DNA of 64,000 nt, taken from IMG/VR virus record IMGVR_UViG_3300030099_004448, positions 174,938 through 238,937 of that record; one strand, 5' to 3'. The notes beneath the pieces were generated by a model. That model was given only the letters and a program-made list of their open reading frames with translations, ran no database searches and was not told where the DNA came from. Below, in pieces: positions 8,803 to 18,600 of this stretch. Position numbers and translations under genes: made by a program. Position 1 is the stretch's first letter, and each line of letters begins with the position of its first letter.

Positions 8803-9162
8803 ATGATGAGATTCAAAAAAGAAGAACCAGGTAATTGGTGTCCTCTGATCAAAAAAGATTGTGTTGAACACAAGTGTGCATGGTATATGCATATTCGTGG
8901 AATGGATCCTAATACAGGACAAGATATCGATCACTGGGGATGTGCAGTAGGTTGGATGCCCACTCTCCTCATTGAAAATTCTCAACAACAAAGACAGACT
9001 GGTGCTGCTGTGGAATCTTTCCGTAATGAGACTGTTAAAGAGTCTCAGAAGAATCGTACTATGTACGAGGATATGATGAAACAACAATCAATTATGCCAG
9101 TTCAAGTTAATCCACTTGAAAACCTTTTGGAGGCCTCTGATGAATCTGACAGTAATAATTGA
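8803..9162 (+). CDS. phage hypothetical protein (Cys-containing N-terminus)
   Basis: CPL.KKDC....CAW...CA..W.P.LLIENSQQQRQT. Confidence 0.75.
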   Translation: MMRFKKEEPGNWCPLIKKDCVEHKCAWYMHIRGMDPNTGQDIDHWGCAVGWMPTLLIENSQQQRQTGAAVESFRNETVKESQKNRTMYEDMMKQQSIMPVQVNPLENLLEASDESDSNN

Positions 9163-9784
9163 AGATAAAGCCATCTACGTTGATGGTTTTGTTGTACAAC
9201 CTGCTGATATGAGTTGGTTTAATCCCGATGATTATGAAAGAGAGGTTAATGCAATTCAGTGGGAAGAAGATTGTGGTGAGATTGAATACGTAGAAGGACC
9301 TCCCACTCCCATCGATAACATCGACTTTTTGAAAGATGTTATCACTGTCCATCAACTTGCAAGAGAAAAATTTGAGCAAGATCAGGAAGCTTATAGAAAA
9401 GAATGTGAACTCAGTTCTCTTGTCGAATACAATGAAGATGATCCCAAACTAGAGTTTGTGGATTATGATGAAACTCGCGATATTGACGAAGATAAACTAA
9501 ATGATATTCTGGACGAAATTGATTTTGATCTAGAAGATGAACCTGATAGAGGATATGCTGAACTAGTCCATGCAGATGATGAAGATGGTCCAGAATCTGC
9601 AGAAGATATACTTGGAATTGGGTCATTAGATCAGGAACCAGTGCCCCAAACCGAGGATAATGATATAATGCATGAAGATCTCCGTGATGCTCTTGATACT
9701 CAAGAGGAAAGTTCATACGAGATGGAAGAGGAAGTAGAAAACCAAATCTACTATGATATTGAAGAATTACTCAAAGAGATATGA
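9140..9784 (+). CDS. hypothetical protein, possible fibre assembly chaperone with acidic tail
   Basis: GGAGG RBS; YVDG...AIQW....GEIEY then D/E-rich C-terminus. Confidence 0.7.
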   Translation: MNLTVIIEDKAIYVDGFVVQPADMSWFNPDDYEREVNAIQWEEDCGEIEYVEGPPTPIDNIDFLKDVITVHQLAREKFEQDQEAYRKECELSSLVEYNEDDPKLEFVDYDETRDIDEDKLNDILDEIDFDLEDEPDRGYAELVHADDEDGPESAEDILGIGSLDQEPVPQTEDNDIMHEDLRDALDTQEESSYEMEEEVENQIYYDIEELLKEI

Positions 9785-10929
9785 TTCCTGAACTCCAAGT
9801 CAATGATTATACTGTAGTCAGAAACTTCATTGATCAGGAAAGGGCAATAAAACTGGGTTATGAGTTCATGAACTTCTGTGAAGAACATGATGCTGCGGGT
9901 GATAATCAGGCAGTAAACTCAAACTCAGTTCATAATTACTTACCTTTTCTTGAGTTACTTTGTGAAAAAACACCTGAGGTGAGTAAGATTGTTGGAGAAA
10001 CAGTCTTGCCCACCTATGTTTATTCTAGGGTGTATAAGAATGGTTCTGACCTAAAACGACATACTGATAAGGATGAGTGTGAGATTTCTCTTACACTCAA
10101 TTTGTGTGCAGATAGACCTTGGAAAATATGGATTGAAACTCCTAGAGGAGAAAGGAGATCTGTGATGCTTGCTCCTGGAGATGCCATGTTCTATCATGGA
10201 TGTAATGCACCACACTGGAGAGATAACTATACAGGAACATACTACACTCAAGCATTTCTACATTATGTGTATAGTAGAGGTGAACGTGTTAACTCTTACT
10301 TCGACAAGAATCGACCAGGTGTAAACAACTTTGAACAGAAATCACCAAAACTTTTAGTAGAACCAGGAAGAGGAGAATCAATGATCAGTGATTATATCAT
10401 GGTAATCAAGGGACTTGTGCCTGAAGATCTGTGCGATGATATTCTAAAAGAATTTCCAGAAGACTCTGTTTATTGGGATCCTTCTACCGTGGGTGCTGGT
10501 GATGTCCGTGAAGATATCAGAAGTTGTAATACGATTGGATTATCTAGACTTCCACATCAAAATTTGGTGTATGAAAATCTAGACTCTAGAATGTTTGAGT
10601 GTGCAGCAGAAGCTATCAGACAATATAGAGAACGTTGGCCAGGTGTAGAAACAGAAATCGATACTGGTTACGATCTACTTAGATATAGAACTGGAGAGTT
10701 CTACACTCAACATACAGACTCATTCAAAGAACAACAAAGATCTGTAACTTGTTCTTTTCATCTCAATGATGACTATGAAGGTGGTGAGTTTGCCTTTTTC
10801 AATAGAGAAAAGGTATATAAATTTGAGAAAGGTGATGCGATTCTTTTCCCATCAAACTTCATGTTCCCGCATGAAATCTTGCCTGTAACTTCTGGAACAC
10901 GCTACTCTATTATTACTTGGTATGTCTGA
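9781..10929 (+). CDS. two-domain 2OG-Fe(II) oxygenase fusion
   Basis: Two HxD...H sets: RHTDK...PHWR and QHTDS...PHEILPVTSGTRYS. Confidence 0.85.
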   Translation: MIPELQVNDYTVVRNFIDQERAIKLGYEFMNFCEEHDAAGDNQAVNSNSVHNYLPFLELLCEKTPEVSKIVGETVLPTYVYSRVYKNGSDLKRHTDKDECEISLTLNLCADRPWKIWIETPRGERRSVMLAPGDAMFYHGCNAPHWRDNYTGTYYTQAFLHYVYSRGERVNSYFDKNRPGVNNFEQKSPKLLVEPGRGESMISDYIMVIKGLVPEDLCDDILKEFPEDSVYWDPSTVGAGDVREDIRSCNTIGLSRLPHQNLVYENLDSRMFECAAEAIRQYRERWPGVETEIDTGYDLLRYRTGEFYTQHTDSFKEQQRSVTCSFHLNDDYEGGEFAFFNREKVYKFEKGDAILFPSNFMFPHEILPVTSGTRYSIITWYV

Positions 10930-11695
10930 TAAACTTAAAGGTCTCCCAATGGTATATTGGTTGAGTTGTGATATTGATAGGATTGCTCGTATGGAATCCC
11001 AGTTTGAAAAGTGGGGTATCCAAAATCAAAAATTTTGGTTCGGTAATCTAAAACCAGATCATTATGAAGTATGGAAAGATAAAGTATTCAAACCAGAATT
11101 AATTCACCCAAAAGATTATCTATCCACATGTATTACGATCTCTACACTTGAGATGATTCGTTATTGGTTGGAGAATACCAATGACAAATATCTGATTCTA
11201 ATGGAAGATGATTATGATTTAGATCTGATCGAGTATTGGCATTTCGATTGGAAAACTCTGATGAAGAATCTTCCTTATGATTGGGATTGTATTCAGTTGG
11301 GATTTGAATCGCAGGAATATGTTTCTTTCTTCCTTCATCCAAAGACAAGACATAGTGCCTTTGGACCTGTAATGATCAATAGGTGGTTTGCGGAAAAACT
11401 ACTTCGTATTCATACAGTTCAGGGAAAATACTTTTTCCTCCGAAGATTTGCGGGATATCCTGGAATTCGTTCACTTGATGTTGATCACTTTTTTGGATTT
11501 GTTGGTAGAACATACCAGTTACCACTTATCACTCAAGATCCTTACCTAGATAAAGTGCCAAAGAAACATCACTTTGTCTGCAGAGATCTTTACTATGATT
11601 GGTGGGAAAACGAGAGAGATAAGTTTACTCTTAAAGAATTCTTCACTTATGGTAAACCCAACGACGGTGACATGACCAAAATTGTTGATCTATGA
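10922..11695 (+). CDS. glycosyltransferase family 25-like
   Basis: R...M..QF, LILMEDD, WDCIQLG. Confidence 0.78.
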   Translation: MSDKLKGLPMVYWLSCDIDRIARMESQFEKWGIQNQKFWFGNLKPDHYEVWKDKVFKPELIHPKDYLSTCITISTLEMIRYWLENTNDKYLILMEDDYDLDLIEYWHFDWKTLMKNLPYDWDCIQLGFESQEYVSFFLHPKTRHSAFGPVMINRWFAEKLLRIHTVQGKYFFLRRFAGYPGIRSLDVDHFFGFVGRTYQLPLITQDPYLDKVPKKHHFVCRDLYYDWWENERDKFTLKEFFTYGKPNDGDMTKIVDL

Positions 11696-12459
11696 AGTTA
11701 TCCAATCTACCTCCCATCTATTATCTCAACCTTCAGGAGAGGGAGGAGAGACGAGAATACATGGAGAAACAATTTAAGAAATATGAGATCCGCAAGTGGA
11801 GGCGCTGCAACGGATCCATTTTTGGGGAGGAAAATTTTCCTGAGTGGAAAAAGTTAGTTCTGGATTCTCAATTTAAGACTCAAAAGAGATTTTATAGTGT
11901 ATTATTGAATCGATCTGAGATGATCGCCAACTTTCTTTTTGACCTAGATTCTGATGTTGTTCTTCTATTAGAGGACGACTTGTCTTTTCATACGGAGAGA
12001 TATTTAAACTTTGAGTGGGAAGAGTTTATCGAACGTCTACCCCATAATTGGGACTGTGTTCAACTTCATATCATCGGTGAGAAGTTCATGCCCTTGACAC
12101 TTTCTCCTTGGTCTGTGAACAATCATAGTGCTGCAGCAATCCTAATCAATAAAAGATATGCAGATAAGTATGTGAATATGTTCATGGAAAATGGTAAGTG
12201 GAGATTTTTGAATAACTACGGGTATAGTAATGATCTTCCCGAGTATCATTATCACTCTGCAGACTTCATCCCATATCAAGTGGGTACGACTTATTCTTTC
12301 CCTATGTTTGTGACCAACTCTAAGTTTGAGAGTGATGGCTCTGGAATCAATGCTTTGGCTAAACGATCTGACGCAACTGTGTTAGAATGGTGGAAGAATA
12401 ATGAAAAGAGTTTGGAAGAAATGATGTATCTTGATCGTCCTATGTTTGCCCAACTATGA
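11692..12459 (+). CDS. glycosyltransferase family 25-like
   Basis: IYYLNL..R.ERR.YM..QF, LLLEDD, WDCVQL. Confidence 0.8.
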   Translation: MKLSNLPPIYYLNLQEREERREYMEKQFKKYEIRKWRRCNGSIFGEENFPEWKKLVLDSQFKTQKRFYSVLLNRSEMIANFLFDLDSDVVLLLEDDLSFHTERYLNFEWEEFIERLPHNWDCVQLHIIGEKFMPLTLSPWSVNNHSAAAILINKRYADKYVNMFMENGKWRFLNNYGYSNDLPEYHYHSADFIPYQVGTTYSFPMFVTNSKFESDGSGINALAKRSDATVLEWWKNNEKSLEEMMYLDRPMFAQL

Positions 12460-13298
12460 AACTGAAAGGTCTTCCGACTTTATATTATCTGAATCTAGAC
12501 GAACGACCAGATCGTAGGGAATACACAGAACTACAATACGATGAGTTGGGGATCACTAACTTCAAGAGATTTTCTGGTTCTGAGTATAAATTTGATAATT
12601 TTTTAGATTGGAAAGAACGGGTAATATTGAATGATATGTCTGATTGTGTCAGATGGAGACAACATATCATTGAAATTGCAATAGCAATCTCTACTCTCGA
12701 TATGATTAAACATTGGTTGACTACGACCAATGAGAAACATCTTCTACTAATGGAAGATGACTACGATTATCGATTCGTCAAATATTGGCATTTTGATTGG
12801 GAATATTTGATGAATCATATTCCTTTTGATTGGGACTGTATCCAACTTGGGTTTGAAAACGAACATGAGATTCCATGTTTTCTTCATCCAATCAGATCAC
12901 ATCATGATTATGGTCCTATTCTAATTAATAGACCATATGCAGAGAAGTTGATGAGACTTTTTACTGTTGGTGATCAATACGATCTTTCCCAGAGGATTCA
13001 AAACTATAAGTGGGGAAAGATGTTAGATATGCCCAATAGGACTATTGATTATTTCATGTGTCACTCAGGTAATACATACTGTATGCCTTTGATTAGTGTT
13101 AATCCTCATATCGGGAGTTATGAACAAAACTTTGTAAGAACTGATCGACCAGATCTTGATCTTGCCAGAAAGGCATATAATAAGTGGTGGACCGTCATGC
13201 GTGATGAGTATACTCTAGAAGAGTTTTTCATGTACGGTAAACCAAATGATTATGTGATCACTCCAGAAGAACCTGACATCGACGATTATTATGTTTGA
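12456..13298 (+). CDS. glycosyltransferase family 25-like
   Basis: YYLNLDERPDRR, LLMEDD, WDCIQLG. Confidence 0.8.
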   Translation: MKLKGLPTLYYLNLDERPDRREYTELQYDELGITNFKRFSGSEYKFDNFLDWKERVILNDMSDCVRWRQHIIEIAIAISTLDMIKHWLTTTNEKHLLLMEDDYDYRFVKYWHFDWEYLMNHIPFDWDCIQLGFENEHEIPCFLHPIRSHHDYGPILINRPYAEKLMRLFTVGDQYDLSQRIQNYKWGKMLDMPNRTIDYFMCHSGNTYCMPLISVNPHIGSYEQNFVRTDRPDLDLARKAYNKWWTVMRDEYTLEEFFMYGKPNDYVITPEEPDIDDYYV

Positions 13299-13881
13299 AC
13301 ATGTGAGACAGTTTGAAGAACAAGTTGCAGACTTCTATGGTGCTCCATATGCAGTCGCAACAGATTCTTGTACTCATGCAATCGAACTCTGTCTTAGGTT
13401 GCACTATCCATTGGTAGTTCCGCAGATACCTAAACATACATACCTTTCTGTTCCAATGACTTTCATGAAGTTGGATATTCCTTTTCTTTTGACGGATCGT
13501 AAGTGGTGTGGTTGGTATCCCATCGCTAATACTAATATTATCGATGCTGCGGTTTATTGGGAAGAAGGTGGTTATATACCAGACAAGAATATGTGTTTAA
13601 GTTTTCAGTTTAAGAAACATCTGAGTTTGGGTCGAGGTGGGATGATTCTTACCGATAATGAAAGAGACTATCATCAACTACAGAGAATGGTGTATGATGG
13701 TAGAGATATGACTAAACCTTGGGCAGAACAAGATATTACTACGGTTGGATATCATTACTACATGACACCAGAGACTGCTATCGAGGGTATTCGTAAGTTC
13801 CCCATGGCAAAAGACATGCAACCTAAATCCTGGTCTTGGGAGGATTATCCAAATCTATCAAAACTCACTGTATTTCAATGA
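13291..13881 (+). CDS. DegT/DnrJ/EryC1/StrS PLP sugar aminotransferase, short form
   Basis: FE..VA.F.GAPYAVATDSCT.A, IIDAA, SFQFKKHL..G.GG. Confidence 0.85.
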   Translation: MFEHVRQFEEQVADFYGAPYAVATDSCTHAIELCLRLHYPLVVPQIPKHTYLSVPMTFMKLDIPFLLTDRKWCGWYPIANTNIIDAAVYWEEGGYIPDKNMCLSFQFKKHLSLGRGGMILTDNERDYHQLQRMVYDGRDMTKPWAEQDITTVGYHYYMTPETAIEGIRKFPMAKDMQPKSWSWEDYPNLSKLTVFQ

Positions 13882-14384
13882 AACACATAGAACCAGATTG
13901 GAATATCGATCAGTTCAAACAACTGAACTATACCTTAGCGAGTCACAACGATCCGTTAGTTGTCAATGAATACTTGTGGGCTGGACATAATAAGTCCAAG
14001 ATGACTATCTACAAGTATCATGAACCGAATCCCATGCCAGAAAGTATGGAATATATTCGAGATCAGTTCTCATTTTGGTCTGATGTTTGTGTTGCAGTAA
14101 ATCACTTCAAACCTGGTCAATACCTACCTATGCACAAAGACTTGTATGGGAGATATGCTAGAATGACTGGTGCATATCCAGCATTTATCATGAGATGTAT
14201 GGTTATGCTTGAAGATAGTTTTCCTGGTCAAATTTTGCAGATCAGTGATGAGTGTTATGGTAAATGGTCTGCGGGCGATTGTTTCTATTGGGATTATGAT
14301 ACCCCACATGCGTTTTATAATATGAGTATGATTGATAGATACGCAGTTCAAGTTACAGGTGTTTGCAATGCATACCCCATGTGA
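13878..14384 (+). CDS. cupin/2OG-Fe(II) oxygenase (AspH-like)
   Basis: PGQYLPMHKD...TPHAFYN...R; start reassigned to ATG overlapping the DegT stop. Confidence 0.7.
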   Translation: MKHIEPDWNIDQFKQLNYTLASHNDPLVVNEYLWAGHNKSKMTIYKYHEPNPMPESMEYIRDQFSFWSDVCVAVNHFKPGQYLPMHKDLYGRYARMTGAYPAFIMRCMVMLEDSFPGQILQISDECYGKWSAGDCFYWDYDTPHAFYNMSMIDRYAVQVTGVCNAYPM

Positions 14385-15144
14385 TATTCCTAATTTAGAT
14401 ATTCATATTACTCATAGGTGTAATTTTTCTTGTGATAGTTGTTCTCACTTTTCTAATCACAAGTTTACCGATGAGGTAAAATTTGATGATTTCAAAGACT
14501 GGGTAGATCTTTGGAAAAATAGACTCAATCCTGCCAAGATTGGTATATTAGGTGGAGAAACATTCTTAAATCCCAGAGTTGCTGAGTATTGTGAATATAC
14601 AAGAAAGTGTTTTCCAAATTCTAGGATAGAACTAGTAACAAATGCATTTATCTTGAAGGATATATCTGAAACTTTGATTAAAAATGATATAGTTCTTGCA
14701 GTATCTGTTCACCACAACAGCCCAGAATATAAGAAAACTCTCGCAAAGAACAAAAAAATTATTGAGAGTTGGGGTGTTAAGGTAGAATATTGGAATAGTT
14801 TCTTGAAATGGCAAAAAGTTTATAAAGGATATGGAGAAAATATTGAACCCTATGAAGACAATGATCCAGAAAGTAGTTGGAATAACTGCCCTACTGGACA
14901 GAACTGTTTCCAACTTCATGAAGGTAAGATGTGGAAGTGTGCGCCACTCGCGTTCTTGCCAATGATGAATAAAAAATATAAGCTGTCTGAAAAGTGGGAT
15001 AGATACTTAGAGTACGTTCCTCTGTCATCAGATTGTACGACTGAAGAACTACAAAAGTTTATTAATCGTGGTGCAGAATCTTATTGTTCTATGTGTCCAT
15101 CTAAACCACATTATTTTATGAAAGATATGCCTTATGGGAAGTAA
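14368..15144 (+). CDS. radical SAM protein
   Basis: CNFSCDSC, LGGE, TN; C-terminal C...C..C Cys cluster. Confidence 0.87.
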   Translation: MHTPCDIPNLDIHITHRCNFSCDSCSHFSNHKFTDEVKFDDFKDWVDLWKNRLNPAKIGILGGETFLNPRVAEYCEYTRKCFPNSRIELVTNAFILKDISETLIKNDIVLAVSVHHNSPEYKKTLAKNKKIIESWGVKVEYWNSFLKWQKVYKGYGENIEPYEDNDPESSWNNCPTGQNCFQLHEGKMWKCAPLAFLPMMNKKYKLSEKWDRYLEYVPLSSDCTTEELQKFINRGAESYCSMCPSKPHYFMKDMPYGK

Positions 15145-16096
15145 AAATGAGTGGGGTCAACTCCGAAAAGTAATTGTAGGTCACGCTGAGGGTGCGAGAG
15201 TTCCTGAAATGGACAGGAGTTTGCGTCTAATCAACTATGCGGATCGTGATGATGTTTCGGATGTTCCGTGTGGATTGTATCCACAACAGGTTATTGATGA
15301 AGCAAATCAAGATCTAGAATTACTGGTAGATCTATTTGTTCAACTCGGAATTGCAGTCGGTAGACCTCACTATGAACCCACACCATACTATAATTACTGC
15401 CCTAGGGATCTTGTATTTGTCCATGGTGATAAGACTTACGCAACTCCCTCCCCACTGAAGGCAAGACGATTCAATTTTGGATCTATTTCCCATCATTTTA
15501 ATCAGTTAATTCCTATCACACCTTCATACTCTATGAGTTTGTATGATGATCACTGTGTGGGGAACAAAGACATTCTTGCATTGACTGAACATCATCCTGC
15601 ATTTGATGCCGCAAATATCATTAGAGCGAACGATGACATCCTCTATTTGGTGTCTAACAGTGGAAACAAGGCGGGTGCTCAGAAGTTACAATCACTCCTC
15701 CCTGACGCGAAGGTACACCTATTAGAGGGTGTTTACAGTTATATGCACATTGATACTACAGTTGCATTTTTGAGGGAGGGATTGCTTCTTGCAAATCCAG
15801 AAAGAATCACAGATAGAGACCTTCTACCTGGACCATTCAGGGACTGGGACATCATATGGTGTCCAAAGCCTGTTGACATTGGTTATTACCCTGGTTATAA
15901 TCATGCTTCAGAGTGGATAAATATGAATTTATTCAGTATTAACCCAAATCTGGTTGTACTGGAAGAACATCAAGAACCAACCCGAAAAGTTCTGGAGAAA
16001 CATGGAATTGAATGTGCTATGTTGCCCATGAGACAGTCCAGAACCTTAAGTGGTTGTTTCCACTGTGTTACCTTAGATCTAGAAAGAGATGACTGA
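15134..16096 (+). CDS. amidinotransferase (scyllo-inosamine-4-phosphate amidinotransferase StrB1-like)
   Basis: S.NEWG.L..VIVG, NYCPRD, FDAAN, SGN..G, HIDTT, W..MN, GCFHCVTLD. Confidence 0.88.
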   Translation: MGSKNEWGQLRKVIVGHAEGARVPEMDRSLRLINYADRDDVSDVPCGLYPQQVIDEANQDLELLVDLFVQLGIAVGRPHYEPTPYYNYCPRDLVFVHGDKTYATPSPLKARRFNFGSISHHFNQLIPITPSYSMSLYDDHCVGNKDILALTEHHPAFDAANIIRANDDILYLVSNSGNKAGAQKLQSLLPDAKVHLLEGVYSYMHIDTTVAFLREGLLLANPERITDRDLLPGPFRDWDIIWCPKPVDIGYYPGYNHASEWINMNLFSINPNLVVLEEHQEPTRKVLEKHGIECAMLPMRQSRTLSGCFHCVTLDLERDD

Positions 16097-16316
16097 ACCA
16101 ACTAAAATTCATCCATCGGGACTTAACATCATAGAGAACTCCAATGGATCCTATTCTTTCGAGTGGGATTCTAAAGACGAACGTTGGAGTTGGATGAATG
16201 ATTTGACGGACGAAGAGATTAAGGTTATTATTGAGGCTGCAATCGAGTACGAAGCTACTCGTCCAGTTGACGTTGAAACTATTGAAGAGGTCTACGATGA
16301 ATCAGAAGACGTATGA
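16089..16316 (+). CDS. hypothetical protein
   Basis: 75 aa, acidic. Confidence 0.7.
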   Translation: MTEPTKIHPSGLNIIENSNGSYSFEWDSKDERWSWMNDLTDEEIKVIIEAAIEYEATRPVDVETIEEVYDESEDV

Positions 16317-16704
16317 AGAACAACGCAAACAACGTCTAGACGAAGCGGTGTTTGATTACATTCAAGACGAAAAAGTAACTCCTAAGCAATTTTATGAGGA
16401 ATTGCAAGAGGTGCTTTTAAATAACAGTAAGTATTTTCAAGAACAGGCGATGCGAGTTGATCGTATGCGCCAACTAGTAACAGAAGGTTTTGACTCTCCT
16501 GACATGTCTCGATACAGTCAGTACACTGAAGCTGAAATTGATGCCATGTGTCATGAAGCTGATCGTAAAAGTAAAGAAGAGATCAATCTGGAAATCCAAG
16601 CCAACTCCCCTTTCAATGATGGTTGGACTCAGGAGTTTTATAAGGAACAACTGAAAGACCTTAAACACTCTAAGTATTATTACGATACTGATCGAAATCG
16701 TTGA
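16297..16704 (+). CDS. hypothetical protein
   Basis: ATG 16297 with GAGG RBS. Confidence 0.7.
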   Translation: MNQKTYEEQRKQRLDEAVFDYIQDEKVTPKQFYEELQEVLLNNSKYFQEQAMRVDRMRQLVTEGFDSPDMSRYSQYTEAEIDAMCHEADRKSKEEINLEIQANSPFNDGWTQEFYKEQLKDLKHSKYYYDTDRNR

Positions 16705-16749
16705 AACCCTAACAATACTAGATAAAATACTACTAGATACTTACGCACT

Positions 16750-16896
16750 ATGACTTTTAAGAGAGAAAAAAAAGAACTCTGCTCCGAAGAAATTGAATCA
16801 ATGGAGAAAGCCATAGAAGAGTCGGGGATCGTAGCTATTCATCCCGATAAAATGGAAGAATGGGCCGAACACCTTGTCAGAAAATTGAAGTCATAG
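16750..16896 (+). CDS. small hypothetical protein (48 aa), not in ORF track
   Basis: Read manually: MTFKREKKEL...AIHPDKMEEWAEHL. Confidence 0.6.
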   Translation: MTFKREKKELCSEEIESMEKAIEESGIVAIHPDKMEEWAEHLVRKLKS

Positions 16897-16923
16897 TACA
16901 ATTATCCCACGTATGTATTTTCT

Positions 16924-17160
16924 ATGAAATTTATCGTCTATAGTAAAGATGGATGCCCCCACTGTTATAAAGTAAAAACCGTTCTTGAACTTTGCGGTAT
17001 GGACTGCACCGTCTACGAATTAGGGGAAGACTACACAAAACAAGAATTCATTGATAAATTTGGTGAAGGATCTACTTTCCCCAGAGTTATCTGTGATGAT
17101 GAACTTCTCGGTGGTGCCCGAGAAACCATTTCATACCTCAGAGAAAAGTCACTAGTATGA
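16924..17160 (+). CDS. nrdC: glutaredoxin
   Basis: YSKDGCPHC, TFP, GG motifs. Confidence 0.9.
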   Translation: MKFIVYSKDGCPHCYKVKTVLELCGMDCTVYELGEDYTKQEFIDKFGEGSTFPRVICDDELLGGARETISYLREKSLV

Positions 17161-17336
17161 ATACCAAGGATCAGGAATTGCACATAAATAGAGGTGTGGA
17201 GCTACTATTAAGGAGAAAGAAAACCCCTGAAAAATCGAAAACATTCCATGTAAAATTCGGTAAAATGCTTTCTCTCCTTAAACGAGAGATTCATATTTAC
17301 TTTGAATTTTCGACAGATATTAAAAAAATTAAGTAG
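17157..17336 (+). CDS. small basic hypothetical protein (59 aa), not in ORF track
   Basis: Read manually: ...INRGVELLLRRK...; ATGA overlap. Confidence 0.65.
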   Translation: MNTKDQELHINRGVELLLRRKKTPEKSKTFHVKFGKMLSLLKREIHIYFEFSTDIKKIK

Positions 17337-17357
17337 AGTCTCTCGGAGGATAGAGCT

Positions 17358-17585
17358 ATGACAGGTCCCGTAATTGCACTTTTCAGCATGATGACCTTTA
17401 TGTTCCTATTGATTGGTGGCATAATTGGTTGGCTTTGGAAAGAACACGTAATTTACTCCTCCGCAGGTTTAGGATCAGTTCATCCTGAAATGTTTGATGA
17501 AAATGGGAATGTAATTCCTGATGAAATTTTAGCAGTACGATTTGAAAACGATTATGACTACGACGAAGAGGACGACGACAACTAA
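17358..17585 (+). CDS. membrane protein typical of T4-like cyanophages
   Basis: TM segment plus HPEMFDENGN motif; GGAGG RBS. Confidence 0.75.
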   Translation: MTGPVIALFSMMTFMFLLIGGIIGWLWKEHVIYSSAGLGSVHPEMFDENGNVIPDEILAVRFENDYDYDEEDDDN

Positions 17586-18087
17586 ACGTAAGTCTACCAC
17601 CACTACCCGTAAACCTGCAGCTAAGAAATCATCGACTCCGAAGGTAGTTCTCACTCCTTCATCAAGAGTCGATGAAATTCTTTCCGCAGTTGTTGCAGAG
17701 AGAACTAAAGCAAAGAAGATCGAAATTCTTCAACAATATAACGAAAACTTTATCAAATCAGTCTTCATCTGGAACTTTGATGAAACTGTAAAATCCGATC
17801 TTCCACCTGGAGAAGTGCCTCTTACTGCACAGGAAGATCGTGAACTCACCGCTTCTAGTATTCGTAAAGAGTGGGATAAACTTTATAACTTTGTGAAAGG
17901 CGGAAACGATTCTATGAATCGCCTTCGTAAAGAAACGATGTTTATCAATATCTGCGAACAACTTAATCCAAAAGAAGCTGAGATTCTTATCCTTGTTAAG
18001 GATAAACAACTCCAAACAAAGTACAAGATCACCCGAGAACTAGTCGAGGAAGCATATCCCGACATTCAATGGGGTGGTCGTTCTTGA
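17554..18087 (+). CDS. T4-like phage hypothetical protein
   Basis: LP.GEVP, RE.MFI...E.L.P.EAE.L..VKDK pattern. Confidence 0.75.
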   Translation: MTTTKRTTTTKRKSTTTTRKPAAKKSSTPKVVLTPSSRVDEILSAVVAERTKAKKIEILQQYNENFIKSVFIWNFDETVKSDLPPGEVPLTAQEDRELTASSIRKEWDKLYNFVKGGNDSMNRLRKETMFINICEQLNPKEAEILILVKDKQLQTKYKITRELVEEAYPDIQWGGRS

Positions 18088-18094
18088 GGTAACC

Positions 18095-18358
18095 ATGGGT
18101 AGCGTGAAAGTATTAATTGAAAACTGCGATGCAACCGCAGCTGAAGATAGGGGGTTGCCGAGTAACTCATACTTGGTAACATACCTAGATGAAGAACAAA
18201 ACAAAAAACAAGATATTACTCAGGGTGGACAAGTAGACATCTTTGATTATTATTACGACAAGTATAAGAATCTCCAAGCCTTGGATTGGACAAATGGTAC
18301 AGTGAATCCTAAACTGTACGGATACAAACCAGCCGAAGAAAAAAAGAAAAAAAGATGA
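18095..18358 (+). CDS. hypothetical protein
   Basis: GAGG RBS; IFDYYYDKY motif. Confidence 0.72.
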   Translation: MGSVKVLIENCDATAAEDRGLPSNSYLVTYLDEEQNKKQDITQGGQVDIFDYYYDKYKNLQALDWTNGTVNPKLYGYKPAEEKKKKR

Positions 18359-18573
18359 GTGAAGGATTTAAGGGTTTTACTGATAAGGAGGATCAAGAGT
18401 TAAAACTCAATATCCGTACTAGTGAAATCGACAAAATTATCAAACAGTATAAAAAACTGAAGAAGTATCAAAAGTCTTCCATACACGAAATCGCCAAACT
18501 CAGTAATAAACAAACTCAAATTGAAAAACTGGTGAACGAATACGGTATTGATCCAGAGGCGTTACAAGACTAA
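18355..18573 (+). CDS. hypothetical protein
   Basis: 72 aa; ATGA coupling. Confidence 0.7.
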   Translation: MSEGFKGFTDKEDQELKLNIRTSEIDKIIKQYKKLKKYQKSSIHEIAKLSNKQTQIEKLVNEYGIDPEALQD

Positions 18574-18578
18574 AAACT

Positions 18579-18592
18579 GTATCGTCTTATAC
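18579..18592. promoter_or_regulatory. NtcA-like binding site
   Basis: (T)GTA-TCGTCTTA-TAC matches GTA-N8-TAC, 8 nt upstream of the -35 box. Confidence 0.5.
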
Positions 18593-18600
18593 CAAATGGG

